The notes: generated from the letters alone by a model not told the origin. Shown: positions 38,671 through 52,100, counted from the stretch's first letter. The stretch: DNA of 64,000 nucleotides from Octopus sinensis (GCF_006345805.1 NC_043017.1:11656001-11720000), one strand, 5' to 3'. Numbers and translations are program-made.

Positions 38671-39002
38671 CCCAGACTGCAACTCCCTCGATTATAATGT
38701 GTTGGGCACACTTGAGTAAGAGACCAACAAAACTCCTCATAATACCAAAGATGAACTAAAGGCAAGGATTATGGCAGCATTCACTAACTTAAACAAGGAG
38801 ACCATCCAGAAGAGTTGCAGGAGATTCCAAAGTGGTCTGGAGGCCGTGGTTGAAGCCAATGATGATTTTATTGAATAAATTTACTCTTTAGCATTTCAAT
38901 GCATTTTTATGTAATTTTGGTAAATATATCTGTTAAAATGAGATGTCAGTGTTTTATTTCATTTTTGCATAATTCAGACGACAATTTATTCACAGCACCC
39001 TG
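38671..39002 (+). mobile_element. Tc1/mariner transposase C-terminus plus right TIR
   Basis: PDCNSLDYNVLGTLE*ETNKTPHNTKDELKARI...CRRFQSGLEAVVEANDDFIE*, ending cagcaccctg. Confidence 0.8.
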
Positions 39003-39119
39003 TGTATATATATATATATATATAAAACGGGAAAGCTTACGAAAATAAACAAAAGACGAAGGTGGAGTACAAACAAACAAATGTATTAGTATAGCGCTCA
39101 GGAATAGAAATAGAAAAAG

Positions 39120-39157
39120 TCTTTTACGTTTCGAGCATACGCTCTTCGACAGAAAGA
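39120..39157 (-). ncRNA. Minimal hammerhead-like motif, U6 variant (paralog of 10772)
   Basis: Minus strand: tcttt CTGTCGA a gagc gtat gctc GAAA cg TA aaaga; host element ~39024-39248 follows (TA)n. Confidence 0.65.
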
Positions 39158-39879
39158 TACACAGAAAAAAACAAGGAGAGAAACAAGGAGAAAAAAAAGG
39201 AGAGAAAAAAATGCATGTAGGAGCTAACGATCTATGATGGCGTCCTGAATAATAATAATAATAATAATATGAGGGAATATTATTCCAAAGCTTAAATATT
39301 TTTCGTCATTTTCATTGATTATTTTGCACATTATTGAATTGATAAAAGGTATGGTTTTTTCTAATCTCTCTCTCTCTCTCTCTATATATATATGTGGTGA
39401 GGCAAATCGTTGCTAAACCCTTAATTACTTAGTATTACTATATATATATATATATATATATAAAATAATGAAGGTGGCTAGATACAATATAAAACCATAA
39501 TAAAATGGATGAATTCATTTGTCACTATTAATGACTGAGGGTGCATTGTAACACCTACATTACTAGAAATAAGAGTCAAAGACCCTTAAAGCCACAAACA
39601 TAGCACAAGCATATGTACTGACTGGGGCGATAACCACCCGATATGTATATGTATATATATATATATATATATGTATCTTAGAGGAAGTTTGTCTGTGTTT
39701 ATGTTTACACTGCCTAAATTCTGTTGTTGTTCATGTTGTATTCCTTTATGTCGGGTAACTTAACAGTTTAACAAACAGATATTGATAAAATAAGTTCTGC
39801 AGTCATTATAATAAACTAAGTCATCTGAAGGTGTAATGGATGCTTGTGTGTAAATATTTGCTGTATGTGTGCATTTGTA

Positions 39880-40275
39880 GGCAGTGTGGTAAGTAGCTTG
39901 TTTACCAACCACATGGTTCCGGATTTAGTCCCACTGCGTGGCACCTTGGGCAAGTGTCTTCTGCTATAGCCTCGGACCGACCAAAGCCTTGTGAGTGGAT
40001 TTGGTAGACGGAAACTGAAAGAAGCCCGGCATATATATGTATATATATATATATGCGTGTGTGTGTTTGTGTGTCTGTGTTTGACCCCTAGCATTGCTTG
40101 ACAACCGATGCTTGTTATGTATATGTCCCCGTTACTTAACGGTTCGGCAAAAAGAGACTGATTGAATTAAGTACTGGGCTTACAAAAAGAATAAGTCCCG
40201 GGGTCGAGTTGCTCGATTAAAAAAGGCAGTGCTCCAGCATGGCCGCAGTCAAATGACTGAAGCAAGTAAAAGAGT
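39880..40275 (+). mobile_element. SINE family A
   Basis: Matches 32871. Confidence 0.9.
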
Positions 40276-40672
40276 ATGTGTGGTTAGGTGAGATTCTGTG
40301 TTTGCATGAGAGAGCATGTGCAAGAATGGCCAGGATGGCTAAAGGAATATACCAAAAGCAGCAGGTTGTGATGGAATTGATAGTGAAAACACAGACAAAC
40401 AAAATGGAATCTCTCAGATGATCTGGTTTATTCTTCTCTTTTTCTCTCTCCTCCTCTTTCAATCTCTACCTGTCCTCTCCCCCCGCCGCCACTCCTTCTT
40501 CCATTTCTCTCCGTCTCTCTTTATTCCAAATTAATGGTTGTTTAATGAAGAAGCGAGTCCTACTGATAAATTACATAGTTAATTATTTCTTCGTTGCCCC
40601 CTTAATCCAACCTCCAGCTCCATCACATCAATAATGTATGCACGTGTGTGTGTGTTTGTGTGTATACATATG

Positions 40673-40711
<39 letters not shown>

Positions 40712-40740
40712 ATATATATATGTGTGTGTATATATATATA

Positions 40741-40793
<53 letters not shown>

Positions 40794-41039
40794 ATGCATG
40801 CATATACAGACCTGCATACACACACTTATACACATATCTACATACATACATACATTTATACACACACACACACACACATATTTCTCACTGCTTACTCTCC
40901 ACCCATTATTCGCCAATCGCAGTGACACTACGATCAGTTTGTTAAATCTAATTAACATTAAATTATGTATCAACGACTATTGATTGGTTATTGATTCATT
41001 TTATATTGCTTTCTATCATTCTTCATTAACTGAGTGTTT

Positions 41040-41640
41040 GTGTGGTGGTGGTTTGGTGTTGGTTTCACACTGGTTTCACACTGGTTTCACACTGGTTTCA
41101 CACTGGTTTGCACTTGTGTGAGTCTAGTTTTGTTTTGTTGTTGTTGATTTAGTATCAGAGTGGTCTTGGTTCATGCTGAGTTGGTTTAATGCTGGTTTAG
41201 TATTGGAGTGGTTTGGTGTTGAGTTAATGTTGGAGTGGCACTGGGGTGGTGTTGGTTTTGTGCTGAAGTGATATTGAGCTAGTGTTGGAATGGCGCTAGA
41301 GTGGTGTTTGAATGATGTTGGAGTAATGTTGAACTAGTGCTAGGATAGTCTTAGTTTAGTGTTTGAGTAGTGTTGAAATGGTGTTAATTTGGTGTTGAGT
41401 TAGTGTTGCAGTGGCACTGGAGTGGTGTTGGTTTTGTGCTGGAGTGATATTGACCTAGTGTTGGAATGGTGCTGGAGTGGTGTTTGAATGATGTTGGAGT
41501 AATGTTGAACTAGTGCTAGGATAGTCTTAGTTTAGTGTTTGAGTAGTGTTGGAGTGTTGAAATGGTGTTAATTTGGTGTTGAGTTAGTGTTGGTTTGGTG
41601 TTGGTTTAGTGCTAATTTAGTGTTAGCACTGCTTTGTTGA
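41040..41640. repeat. G/T-rich degenerate ~11-bp satellite with a ~175-bp tandem duplication
   Basis: ggtttcacact x4; the block gtggcactgg...aactagtgctaggatagtcttagtttag appears twice. Confidence 0.8.
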
Positions 41641-41997
41641 TTGATATTGTGGTGTTGGTTAATATTAGTCTGGTTTGACACTTTTATTCCTTTAATACTG
41701 GTTTACTCATGGTTTAGTGTTGGTTTGGCCTTATTTTCAATTGCTGGACCCAGAGGGAGTGTGTATGTGGTGGTGGTGGTTGGGGGTATGAGTTTGTTTG
41801 TCAAGAGGAGATGTTTTAGTGTGTTGAGGGGATGAAGGGGTGAGTGTGTATGATTTTAGGGAGAGCAATGTGCGAGTGAATACAGAGAATTCTGTATTCT
41901 GAGTCTAAACATGTGTATATATGTAGATGTGAGTGCGTGTGATGTGGAGAAAGTATATCATGAGCAGAGGATGGTATGCCTGTATATATATATATAT

Positions 41998-42206
41998 ATC
42001 ATCGTCATCATCATCATCGTTTAGCATCTGCTTTCCATGCGAGCATGGGTTGGATGGTTCGACTGGGGTCTGGGAAGCCAGAAGGCTGCACCAGGCCCAG
42101 TCTGATCTGGCAATGTTTCTATGACTGGATGCCCTTCCTAACGCCAACCACTCAGTGAGTGTAGTGGGCACTTTTTACTCACGGAGTGGTTGGCGTTAGG
42201 AAGGGC

Positions 42207-42208
<2 letters not shown>
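41998..42208 (-). mobile_element. Family D fragment with a fold-back end
   Basis: atgcccttcctaacgccaaccactcagtgagt...actcacggagtggttggcgttaggaagggcat. Confidence 0.75.
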
Positions 42209-42239
<31 letters not shown>

Positions 42240-42346
42240 GAAATTCAGGGTGAGTACTTGATAATTGTAAGCACCTGTATATACCGTTTGGTGGTGTAGG
42301 TGGTGGAGTAAATTAATCAAAATAAAAACATGATGCCAAGGATTCA

Positions 42347-42424
42347 GCGGTACATATGTTTCGGGCCTTTATTAGACGGATTTATAACAATGCATAATGT
42401 GTGTCTGTGGCCTTCTTCAGCCGC
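42347..42424 (-). ncRNA. Type I hammerhead motif (left arm)
   Basis: Reverse complement of 42571-42648. Confidence 0.75.
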
Positions 42425-42570
42425 ACACAACTACTACCTCAAGGACATGTATTACATCAAAAATTCTACGTTGGGGATGCAAATCCTCTCATTCGCGTAC
42501 GAATGAGAGGATTTGCATCCCCAACGTAGAATTTTTGATGTAATACATGTCCTTGAGGTAGTAGTTGTGT

Positions 42571-42648
42571 GCGGCTGAAGAAGGCCACAGACACACATTA
42601 TGCATTGTTATAAATCCGTCTAATAAAGGCCCGAAACATATGTACCGC
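42571..42648 (+). ncRNA. Type I hammerhead motif (right arm)
   Basis: gcgg CTGAAGA a ggcc...ggcc c GAAA catatg TA ccgc; stem III palindrome ACATATGT; predicted cleavage after 42644. Confidence 0.75.
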
Positions 42649-42684
42649 TGAATCCTTGGCATCATGTTTTTATTATATATATAT

Positions 42685-42825
<141 letters not shown>

Positions 42826-43270
42826 CAGACAGGCAGAGATAGATAGATAACAACAAAAAGAAAATTGAGAATGCATACACAAAATAATCAATATATTTAT
42901 GGGAACAGTCAATTCCTGTTCCTTATGTGCATTTCGGTTTATTGCATAAATCCATATTTCCGCAACTGAATTCAACAAATTTAATTAAATGCAATTAAAA
43001 TCAACGAAAGTATATTTAACTTTAAGAATTTTTCTTATGTATAATTATATTATAATTATATTATTCACACAGGTTCTATTTAATTATTTTCATTTCAATT
43101 TATCTAAGTGGAATTTCAAAGCTGTAAGGTACTAATATTGAAGAAGAACCAGTGATAAACAAGAGTACATATGCACAAGTGGAATTTCCAGTATTGTTAA
43201 TTGATATAGTGCTAAACTGATGTATGCTTGGATAAATATCTCTAGCAAAAACAACCCCTTTTAATGCAGA

Positions 43271-43313
<43 letters not shown>

Positions 43314-43413
43314 TATATATAGAGTTAATCCAAAGATGAAAGCACAAAAAAACACAAAAACGCGAGGACGTGGAACAAATATAGTATTATTGGACGCGAA
43401 GGAAAGAAGGAGG

Positions 43414-43448
43414 GTTTAACGTTTCGAGTGGAGCTCTTTGTCAGAAAC
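43414..43448 (-). ncRNA. Decayed minimal hammerhead motif
   Basis: Minus strand: gttt CTGACAA a gagc tcc actc GAAA cg TT aaac (G8->A and one stem II mismatch); host element follows (TA)n. Confidence 0.6.
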
Positions 43449-43515
43449 ATAGGAGAAGGAAAGGTCCAGAGAAGGGAAGACAGAGGAAAAAAATCGCCAA
43501 CGGTACACACGCAGT

Positions 43516-43555
<40 letters not shown>

Positions 43556-43734
43556 ACCAGTTCTTTACAAAAGAATTACTAAAACCTACCATGAGATCTC
43601 ATATGACTAGCAAGTCCAGTTTTGGACAACCAGACCCAACTGAAGATGTTGCAAACCCTCCCATTTTCAGGCAGTCAACTTCTCGAGATTAAAGTCAAGT
43701 CCTGTTTATAATAACTACTGATATATTACACACT

Positions 43735-43965
43735 GCTCTCAATTCTATTTTTTCTCTCAGTTGAAGAGTCTTTGTCTTGCAAGTTACTTGGTGACCCCAC
43801 TGGTGCTGGTGCCATGTAAAAAGTCTCCAGTACACTCTGTAAAGTGGTTGGTGTTAAGAAGGGCACCCAGCTGGCTGCTGAGTTTTGTGCAATCCTCTGG
43901 TTTGTCAGCTTCTGCCAAACTGTCCAACCCATGCCAACATGGAAAATAGAGACGTTAAATGATGA
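43735..43965 (+). mobile_element. Family D, diverged
   Basis: ggttggtgttaagaagggcacccagctg...gacgttaaatgatgat. Confidence 0.65.
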
Positions 43966-44361
43966 TCTTATATATAAATATCTCTTCATAGGATTTGTAA
44001 AATATAATTCCAGGAACCTATAAACATTAAAAAGTTTTGCAAAACCCATAAACTATTCAGAATGCATCTGCAAATGTGAAGGTGGTTGGAATATGTTATT
44101 CATATAAGAATTTGTGTAGATCTATTAATCTAATACAATAAAACTGTATTTGACACAGAACCAATGTAGACATTTTAACAACCCTTACAAAAAAAAAAAA
44201 ACAAGTCTAATGTAAGGGAAATAACAATTAAAGATGGCCATCATTGAGTTACATCCTCTTATCTGTTTTATCTTGTATCTCACAGGAGTTTTGAGACTTT
44301 TTTCAGGAGCGACATCTATTAATCTGAAGGAGGTACAAAACTCTAATCTCCTCCAAAGTAG

Positions 44362-44665
44362 GATTAATGTCCACTTTCCATGCTGGCATGGGTTGGACAG
44401 TTTCACTGGAACTGGGATCCACTTTGACTTTGGCTTGGTTTCCATGGCTGGATGCCCTTCCTGATGTCAACCACTCCAAGAGTGTAATGTGTGCCTTTTA
44501 CGTGTCACTGTCACAGGTGCTTTTATGTGTCACTGGCACAGATGATGTTACATGTCACTGGCACAGGCCACAATTGTGATTTCACCAGGCTTAACGAGTC
44601 TTCTCAAGTGCAGCAAATAGCCAAACACTGTGATCTCTTGTCATCACCTCTATGAGACCCCACAT
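44362..44665 (-). mobile_element. Family D, diverged
   Basis: ttaatgtccactttccatgctggcatgggttggac...ggctggatgcccttcct. Confidence 0.65.
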
Positions 44666-44696
44666 TGGAAGATCATACTTCACCACCACCATATAC

Positions 44697-44743
<47 letters not shown>

Positions 44744-44911
44744 TATATATATATATATATTTATATATACAAGCTCTGTGTTCAAATTCTGCTGAAGTCA
44801 ATTGTGCTTTTCATCCTCACAGGGTCGACAAGATATGTATCAGTTGACACTTATTTTATCTTCCCACTTCCCCAACTTTCAGGCCTCATGCCTAAAGCAG
44901 AGAGGTATATA

Positions 44912-45200
44912 TCTCTCTCTATTCGCTCAGTTGAAGTCGACTCTTGGTCACTCGTTGGATCAGTGTCCTCCAGTCAGTTCTATCCTGGGCCGCTTCCTTC
45001 AGATTGGCTATGTCCATTCCGGTATCACTCTTGATGGTGTCAAGCCAGCTGGTTTTTGGTCGGCCGCTTCCTCTCTTGCCACTGACCATTCCGAGCATGA
45101 TGTCCTTCTCGAGGGATTTTCTCCGCATAATATGACCGAAATATGCCAATCTATGCTTGGTGATCCTAGCTTCTAGCGACATTTTCGGCCTGATCTGCTT
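44912..45200 (-). mobile_element. RTE (BovB-like) LINE 3' fragment
   Basis: SLEARITKHRLAYFGHIMRRKSLEKDIMLGMVSGKRGSGRPKTSWLDTIK...DRTDWRTLIQRVTKSR. Confidence 0.9.
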
Positions 45201-45222
45201 TGGAGGGGGGAGGTATATACAC

Positions 45223-45259
<37 letters not shown>

Positions 45260-45276
45260 GTATATGTATGTATATG

Positions 45277-45311
<35 letters not shown>

Positions 45312-45408
45312 TCACATATTAATATCAATGACTGTGAGAGTGTGATGGCTGAATTCAGAGAAAGAAGGAAAAGGGCACAGAAAGAGATAAGTAATGAGAC
45401 CGCTAGAC

Positions 45409-45442
<34 letters not shown>

Positions 45443-46168
45443 GGCACAGGAAGAGGAAGAGAGAGATAGAGAAAATGCTGGGGAAAAAGAAGAAGCGGAT
45501 AGAGAAAGAGAGAGACTTATAGAGAGTGTATCAAAGTCAAACGGAATGAATTAAAAAGAAAATTAAGCGAGAGTTGTGCTGTGAACTGTATTTTACTTTT
45601 TTTGTAAAGTCTGGTGGGTAAATTAATAAAGTCTACCGAGACCAACCCTGTGTGTGTGTGTGTGTGTGTGTGTGTGGCGGGGTGGAGGAGTTGAAGATCT
45701 GCAAAGAGAGTACCAGGTAATCTGTTCTTAATTGATACTCTGTTAGGATTTATCTAATCCTAATTCAGCTGTCTTAACTGATATGTTCTTGTCAAGGGCA
45801 ATTCTAAGCCTTCGCTTTCTTTTTTCTCCTCCTCCTCTTCTTCTTTTTTTTTTTTTTGTTTTTTTGTTTCTGTGTCTGTGTCTTCAACAATAGAAAATTA
45901 ATCCTTACAAATTATATTACACTGAAACCTTTCTCTTTTCTTTCCTTTCCTTTCGTTCACTCTTCCTCTTTTTCTTCTCCTTTTCCACCTTCTCTCTCTC
46001 TCTCTCTCCATTTCTTCCCTTCATTTTTTTCTTCTTTTCTCCCCTTTTTAAAATTTTCCTTTCCTTCTCCACCACTTCTTTCTCTCTATCCTCCCACCCA
46101 TTTATATATGTATATATATACATGTACATATGTGTGTGTATGCATATATATATATACATGTATGTATG

Positions 46169-46220
<52 letters not shown>

Positions 46221-46241
46221 TGTACATATATATGTATGTAT

Positions 46242-46291
<50 letters not shown>

Positions 46292-46363
46292 CATTGATTC
46301 TTGTGCTTCTGCTATATCTATCTATCTATCTATCTATCTGTATGTATGTATGTATTATATATA

Positions 46364-46411
46364 CAGGGTGCGCAAGGTATTTGAGGACAGATTTATATTT
46401 ATAAAAAAACA

Positions 46412-46455
<44 letters not shown>

Positions 46456-47582
46456 CATTGTGTACAGTGCTCAGGTGCACTACAACTCATCTAAAGTGTA
46501 TGTATAATCAGGTGTAGTTTCGGCGGATTTCGGAAAGCATGAGGGCCTTAAAGGATGCAGTGTCATGGCAGTCAACAACTGACGCAGGCAACAACTGACA
46601 CATATGGCCTTCCATTGCATAACTTTATTTATCAAAAAATGCTATGAGGATAAAAACAAACCTTCTTTTCTATAATGTTATTCATTAAAGCCACCTTCAT
46701 CTTCAACAACTGCTTCTATACCTATGAGATCTAAATCATTTACATGCTCAAATCAAGTGGTCCTGGTTCATTTTGGACATTACTCTGACTATGGCAGCTT
46801 TCAAAGAATCTTTGGCGATATGGGCATGTTCATTGACCTCTCTCTCTCAACAATGCGCCACATGTAATAGTCCAAAGGATTGAGATCTGGGGAATTAGGA
46901 AGCCAAATGTTAGGGGTTATGTGATCAGGAAAATTTTCAGTTATCCATTCCTGTGTTACTAGAGCCATGTGTGATAGTGCAGAGCCTTACTAAAACACAT
47001 ATGGCCTTCCATTGGATACACTGTCTATCCAGGGCTTAACAATTATTTCCAGGACCTCAGTGTAGGTGGCAGAGTTAACTCTAAGGCCTTGTGGAAAGAA
47101 GGAAGGAGCTATCACACATCCTCTAAAACCATGACAGTTGCAGGAAATTTTGTATGCATAATAATTGGAACTTCAGAAAGGTCTGCACATAACCATTCGT
47201 CATTTCTTCTGTTAACATTTTGATCTTGGTCAAAGTTTTTCTTGTTTGAGAAAAACCAAATCAAATCTTTTGCTGGATTTTTCAGTTTGTTTAAGAGCCT
47301 TTTAGATCTGATGTGATTTTCTTTTGCCTTTTCTGACAAAATGACCTTTCCTCATCATATAAGACTTATATCTGATGTCTTCGTGGACAACATTTCTGAC
47401 TGTTCCTTCTGAAACATGGAGACCTTTTGCAATTGACCTCATGGACTTTCTGGGATTGTAATCAATGGTCTGTTGAACTTGCTGGATAAATTCAGGTGTT
47501 CTGATGATTTTAGAGGGTTTAGAATGCTTTTTATGCTTTGATACTGGTGATACGTTTCCATCTTCAGTCTCTAGCTCCTTAC
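46364..47582 (-). mobile_element. Decayed DD37D (maT-type) Tc1/mariner element
   Basis: TIR ta|cagggtgcgc; IWFFSNKKNF; PYVF**GSALSH...WLPNSPDLNPLDYY with 37 residues between the mutated second Asp position and the third Asp. Confidence 0.85.
46412..46590 (-). mobile_element. CR1-like LINE 3' end nested in the maT element
   Basis: LPASVVDCHDTASFKALMLSEIRRNYT* followed by a (TTA)n tail. Confidence 0.6.
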
Positions 47583-47630
47583 AACTGATTCATTCACCTA
47601 TTTTCCCAATTTTTCTATCAAAATTTATGA

Positions 47631-47847
47631 CCCTTTAGCATTCAGATTAACCCTGTCAAATGTAATGCTTATTCATTCACATTGTTTTGAATTAATCCCG
47701 CATTATCTCATAGCTTCAGGGTTTCAGTAAAGTGTATAGTTTTAGAATGACAATGTCGGGCAAGTGTGAGAAGCCAGATCTGTCCAGTTTGAACATGAAA
47801 CAGGGAGGATATTTGAGCTGGATCTTGCCAGTTTAAAACCTAAAGGG
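47631..47847. mobile_element. piggyBac-like MITE
   Basis: ccctttagcattcagatta...taaaggg|ttaa; same family as 33736. Confidence 0.75.
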
Positions 47848-50329
47848 TTAAATCAAGATGCGATATAATTTGTGGGAAGTGATTTATAAACAAGCGACCA
47901 CGTAGGAAACTGGACTAAATCATCTTTAGTACTTAATTATGCTACTGTATGTTGTGAGTACAAATTCCACTACTGGTGACTTTACTTTCCATTATTATGC
48001 AACATCATCTGCCGTTAATGTCAAACACTACTAATGTAGTTTGGCTTCTTGACACATTAGAAATAGATGCTAAATCATCCTCAAATCACATCAGTATCTT
48101 CAATGAGGAAAGGATGCATTAGATGAGAGAGTTTTAGACATTCCTGAATATGAGGTAGTGGTCACGACTGGAATGTCATTGATCATAGGTTGACCCTGAG
48201 GCTAAACAGCAACACTACCACACACAACCATCACCTCATTAAGAACTGCTATATACCACACCATCACCACTACCACCATTACAACCACCGCCACCACCAC
48301 CACCATTGCACTACTACTCCATCACACAAGCCACTGCTACCATCATCATCATCATGTAGACCCTGCTGTACCTTCCCCCCTCACATTACTAGATTAACTG
48401 CAGAAACTCTAAACACCACCACTACCACTACCACTACCACCATCACCACCGCCACTACCACCACCACCACCACCACCACTACAATGAATGACAAGACAGG
48501 ATATTATGTTTTAAATTATTACCAGGTGATTAGTGTTCAAAGTGACAGCTTAGAGTAACAAATGTAAATATTCCATGTAGGGTTGTGTTAGTGTGTGGGG
48601 GTGGTCGTGGTGGGAGATAGTGATAGGGCTACTGTATCATGATGGTGGCGGGGGTGATGGTAGCAGGGCTGGTATATAATGATGGTGGTGGTGGCAGCGA
48701 CAGTGGTCTGGCAATGGTGGTAGTGGTGGTGGTGGAGATAGTGGCAGGGCTACAGTATAATGGTGGTGGTGGTAATGGTGGTACTGATAGTTATAGTTTG
48801 TGGTGGAGGTGGTAATAATAGTGATAGCTAAGTGATGGTGGAGGTAGTGTGTTATGATAGTGGTTGTGTTGTAGTGGTCACGGTATAGGTTGTATGAAAA
48901 TGGTAGTGGTGGTGGTGGTGGTAGTATGGTCTCAGTAGTAGAAAGGTTGTCTGGGGGAGGGGTATTGGTGATAGTATTCTGATGGTGTTGTAATGATGGT
49001 CTTGTCGTTGGTGGTAGTGGTGGTTACAGTAGTTGTTATATATTACTTGTGGTGGTGGTGGTGGTGGTAGTTGTCCAATAGTTGATACTTGTATCTAGTA
49101 TTGCTCTGGTTGTTGTTTAACCCTAGGTCAACTCTGATTGAGTAGAACCACAACCAGCAGGTCTCAATTTCTGGTAAAAGAAGAGGGTGGAGACAAGTGT
49201 CATAAAAAAAACTTGTTACAGAAACCACCCAAAGAAACAAAACAATCTCTGTTGCCAAAAAGCAGACATGGTGGTCATGGATGGCTATGATGTATGGTTT
49301 AGTAAAGGGCACCCTGCAGAGTAAAGGCTAAATATAAACATCAATGTTTTACAGAACCCAAATAATATGACACAACAACATATTTTCAGGTTGGTCAAGA
49401 CCTTTCATTTGCATATAAGGACAGAAATCTTTTTTGCTCCAGATAAATCAAACAAGATTTTACTGATTCATTTAATGATGGCTTACTTCACTGAAAGAAG
49501 ATCTATCAAGTATAATACTAGAGAAATGTATTCTAACAGACATAATTAAATTATTGTGCAAGGGTTTTGCATTGAGGTTTCATTATGCATTATAATTTAT
49601 ATTCATTAAAACACGAATATTCATTTGTTTTTAGTTCTCGGGTTATATCTAAAAAATTAAATACATACAAATCTGATCTTAGGTTTAAGTCTGCCTTGTA
49701 ATTTAAAAAAGTTTTTCCTAAATTTACCTAAATATTGGGCATTTGTATTCCATGTAAAAATGAATCCATCGTTTCAATATACAACTACCTTTTAAATTAT
49801 TGCATTTATTTTTTAACCACCACAAAACATAAAGAGCAATAGGCTGGAAAATGTTTTTGGTATCTAGGATACTAATCACTACCTGAAAAATATTAAGATA
49901 TTTTTTTCCATAAAGCATTATCAAAATCAAGTAATGATCTTTCCATATAAAAATATATATGTGTGTGTGTATGCTCATGCACACACACACACGTGTACAC
50001 ATATATATGCAGACATACATACATATATATTCATTAATATTTAGCAGAAGTAAGAGAGTAACAGAGTGCCTATATAGTGCAACACAGATTAATCCATAAT
50101 TTGTGGATTTGCTCAATTTTTTTAAAGGTTGTGGGTATATTTATGAATTAGAAAAATTCAAATTTGTCTTGAGAGAGGTCTCTCTCTCAACATTTATGCA
50201 ACAAAATTGGTTGTATAAAAACTTTAGATTGGTGTTCTCCACTAATCTGATTACATGACCAGAGACTGGATTCAGAGTTCTTTAATATCTGAAATACCAT
50301 ATTTATTGAAACAATCAGTATTAGATGTA

Positions 50330-50732
50330 GGCGTAGGAGTGGCTGTGTGGTAAGTAGCTTGCTTACGAACCACATGGTTCTGGGTTCAGTCCCACTGCGT
50401 GGCACCTTGGGCAAGTGTCTTCTACTATAGCCTCGGGCCGACCAAAGCCTTGTGAGTGGATTTGGTAGACGGAAACTGATAGAAGCCCGTCGTATATATA
50501 TGTGTATATATATGTGTGTGTGTGCGTGTTTGTCCCACCAACATCGCTTGACAACCAATGCTGGTGTGTTTACGTCCCCGTAACTTAGCGGTTCGGCAAA
50601 AAAGAAACCGATAAAATAAGCACTAGGCTTACAAAAAATGAGTCCTGGGGTCAATTTGATTGACTAAAGGCGGTGCTCCAGCATGGCCACAGTCACATGA
50701 TTGAAACAAGTAAAAGAGTAAAGAGTAAAGAG
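50330..50732 (+). mobile_element. SINE family A, full length
   Basis: Matches 32871. Confidence 0.9.
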
Positions 50733-51591
50733 ATGTATTTGTGTGTGTGAATGTTCACATAATTATTTCCCATCTAATTTTGATGGTTTAAAATAATTAC
50801 ATTGAACTGTTGATGTGTTTTTGACAACCTCTACATATACCTTGATGAAGAACCAGACTAGAAATGTCATTTTGTTCGTTATTGAATTATTTCTTTTATC
50901 TCGTTTATTGTGTAATGCTATTGATTGTTATTTCTTTTAATTTACAAAAAGACAACAAAAACCAGAATGATTTTATATTAAATAAAATGAAAAACAAAAG
51001 TAAACCACTTGCTTTTTTTTAAAAAAAAAAATTATCATTTAAAAAATATCTAATTAAGACAAATTTAATCAACCAATGAGATTTGTAAATTAAATCAATT
51101 TTAATGACAATCATCCATTGAATCAATCAGCTTGTATTTTGTTTATCTCACACAAGCGTGTGATAAAATCAATTGCTACTTGATTGATTAAAATCAGAGG
51201 TATCTATCAATCGCTGATTATACTCTCTATAATCTCTAGTGGAGAGCACTTGTGACCTTCATGCCCTTATCAACCTACAAGTACGAAGAGAAAGAAGTCC
51301 AACACCGGTCTACTTTATCTTTAATCTTTACCATTGTGACAAAAAAGACAGACTAATTTGCAGAGCCAGAGTCTTCTATTACAGTTCAATTCCTGTCTGG
51401 CTATATTGAATTGAGCTAAATATTTAACTGATTTTTGTTTTTAATTCTATTTTATCGACTCTGGAAGAACGAGATGCAAAACTAACCTTGGTAGGATTTG
51501 AACTAAGAACTCTTAACAAAAAGGTTCTAGTGATTTGCCCAGTTTACTGAGTTCAAACTCCCAAATGGGGTGTGTTGTGATGATGATGATG

Positions 51592-51667
<76 letters not shown>

Positions 51668-52100
51668 GGGTGGTAAGCTGGCAGAATCGTTAGATGGCAT
51701 TTCGTCTGTCGATTGTGTCCCGAGTTCAAATTCTGCCAAAGTTGACTTTGCCTTTCATTGTTTTAGGTCAGTGAAATAAGTACCAGTTAATTACTGGGGG
51801 TTAATGTAATTGACTTATCCCCTTCCCCAAAACTACTGGCCATGTGCCAAAATTTAAAACCATTATTATTATTATCATCATCCTTATTAAGGCAGCAAAA
51901 GACTGTGATCTGGCATTGGACAACATGCTTAGAAATATATTTTCTGGCTCTTTATATTCTGAGCCCAAATCCCTCTAAGGTCAATTTTGCTTTCATTTTT
52001 CAAGGTTAATGAAATAAAGTACCAGTCAAGTACCGGGGTCAATATAATCAGCTTATCCATTGCCTTAAAATTTCAGGCCTTTTGCCAATATTAGAAAGGA
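51668..52100 (+). mobile_element. Two diverged SINE family B copies
   Basis: ggtggtaagctggcagaatcgttag...gttgactttgcctttcat...aagtaccag, repeated in more decayed form. Confidence 0.7.

Larger units (their letters stand above)
42321..42674. mobile_element. Perfect palindrome (175-bp arms, 4-nt loop) with two opposed hammerheads
   Basis: No mismatches seen between arms; loop cgta at 42496-42499; (TA)n on both flanks; left arm has an extra ~80-nt extension. Confidence 0.95.

Noticed and set aside
50838-50872. ttgatga...gaaatgtc possible hammerhead; also gtggtgaggcaaatcgttgctaaac at ~39394
   Set aside because: Core and/or stems too degenerate to support.
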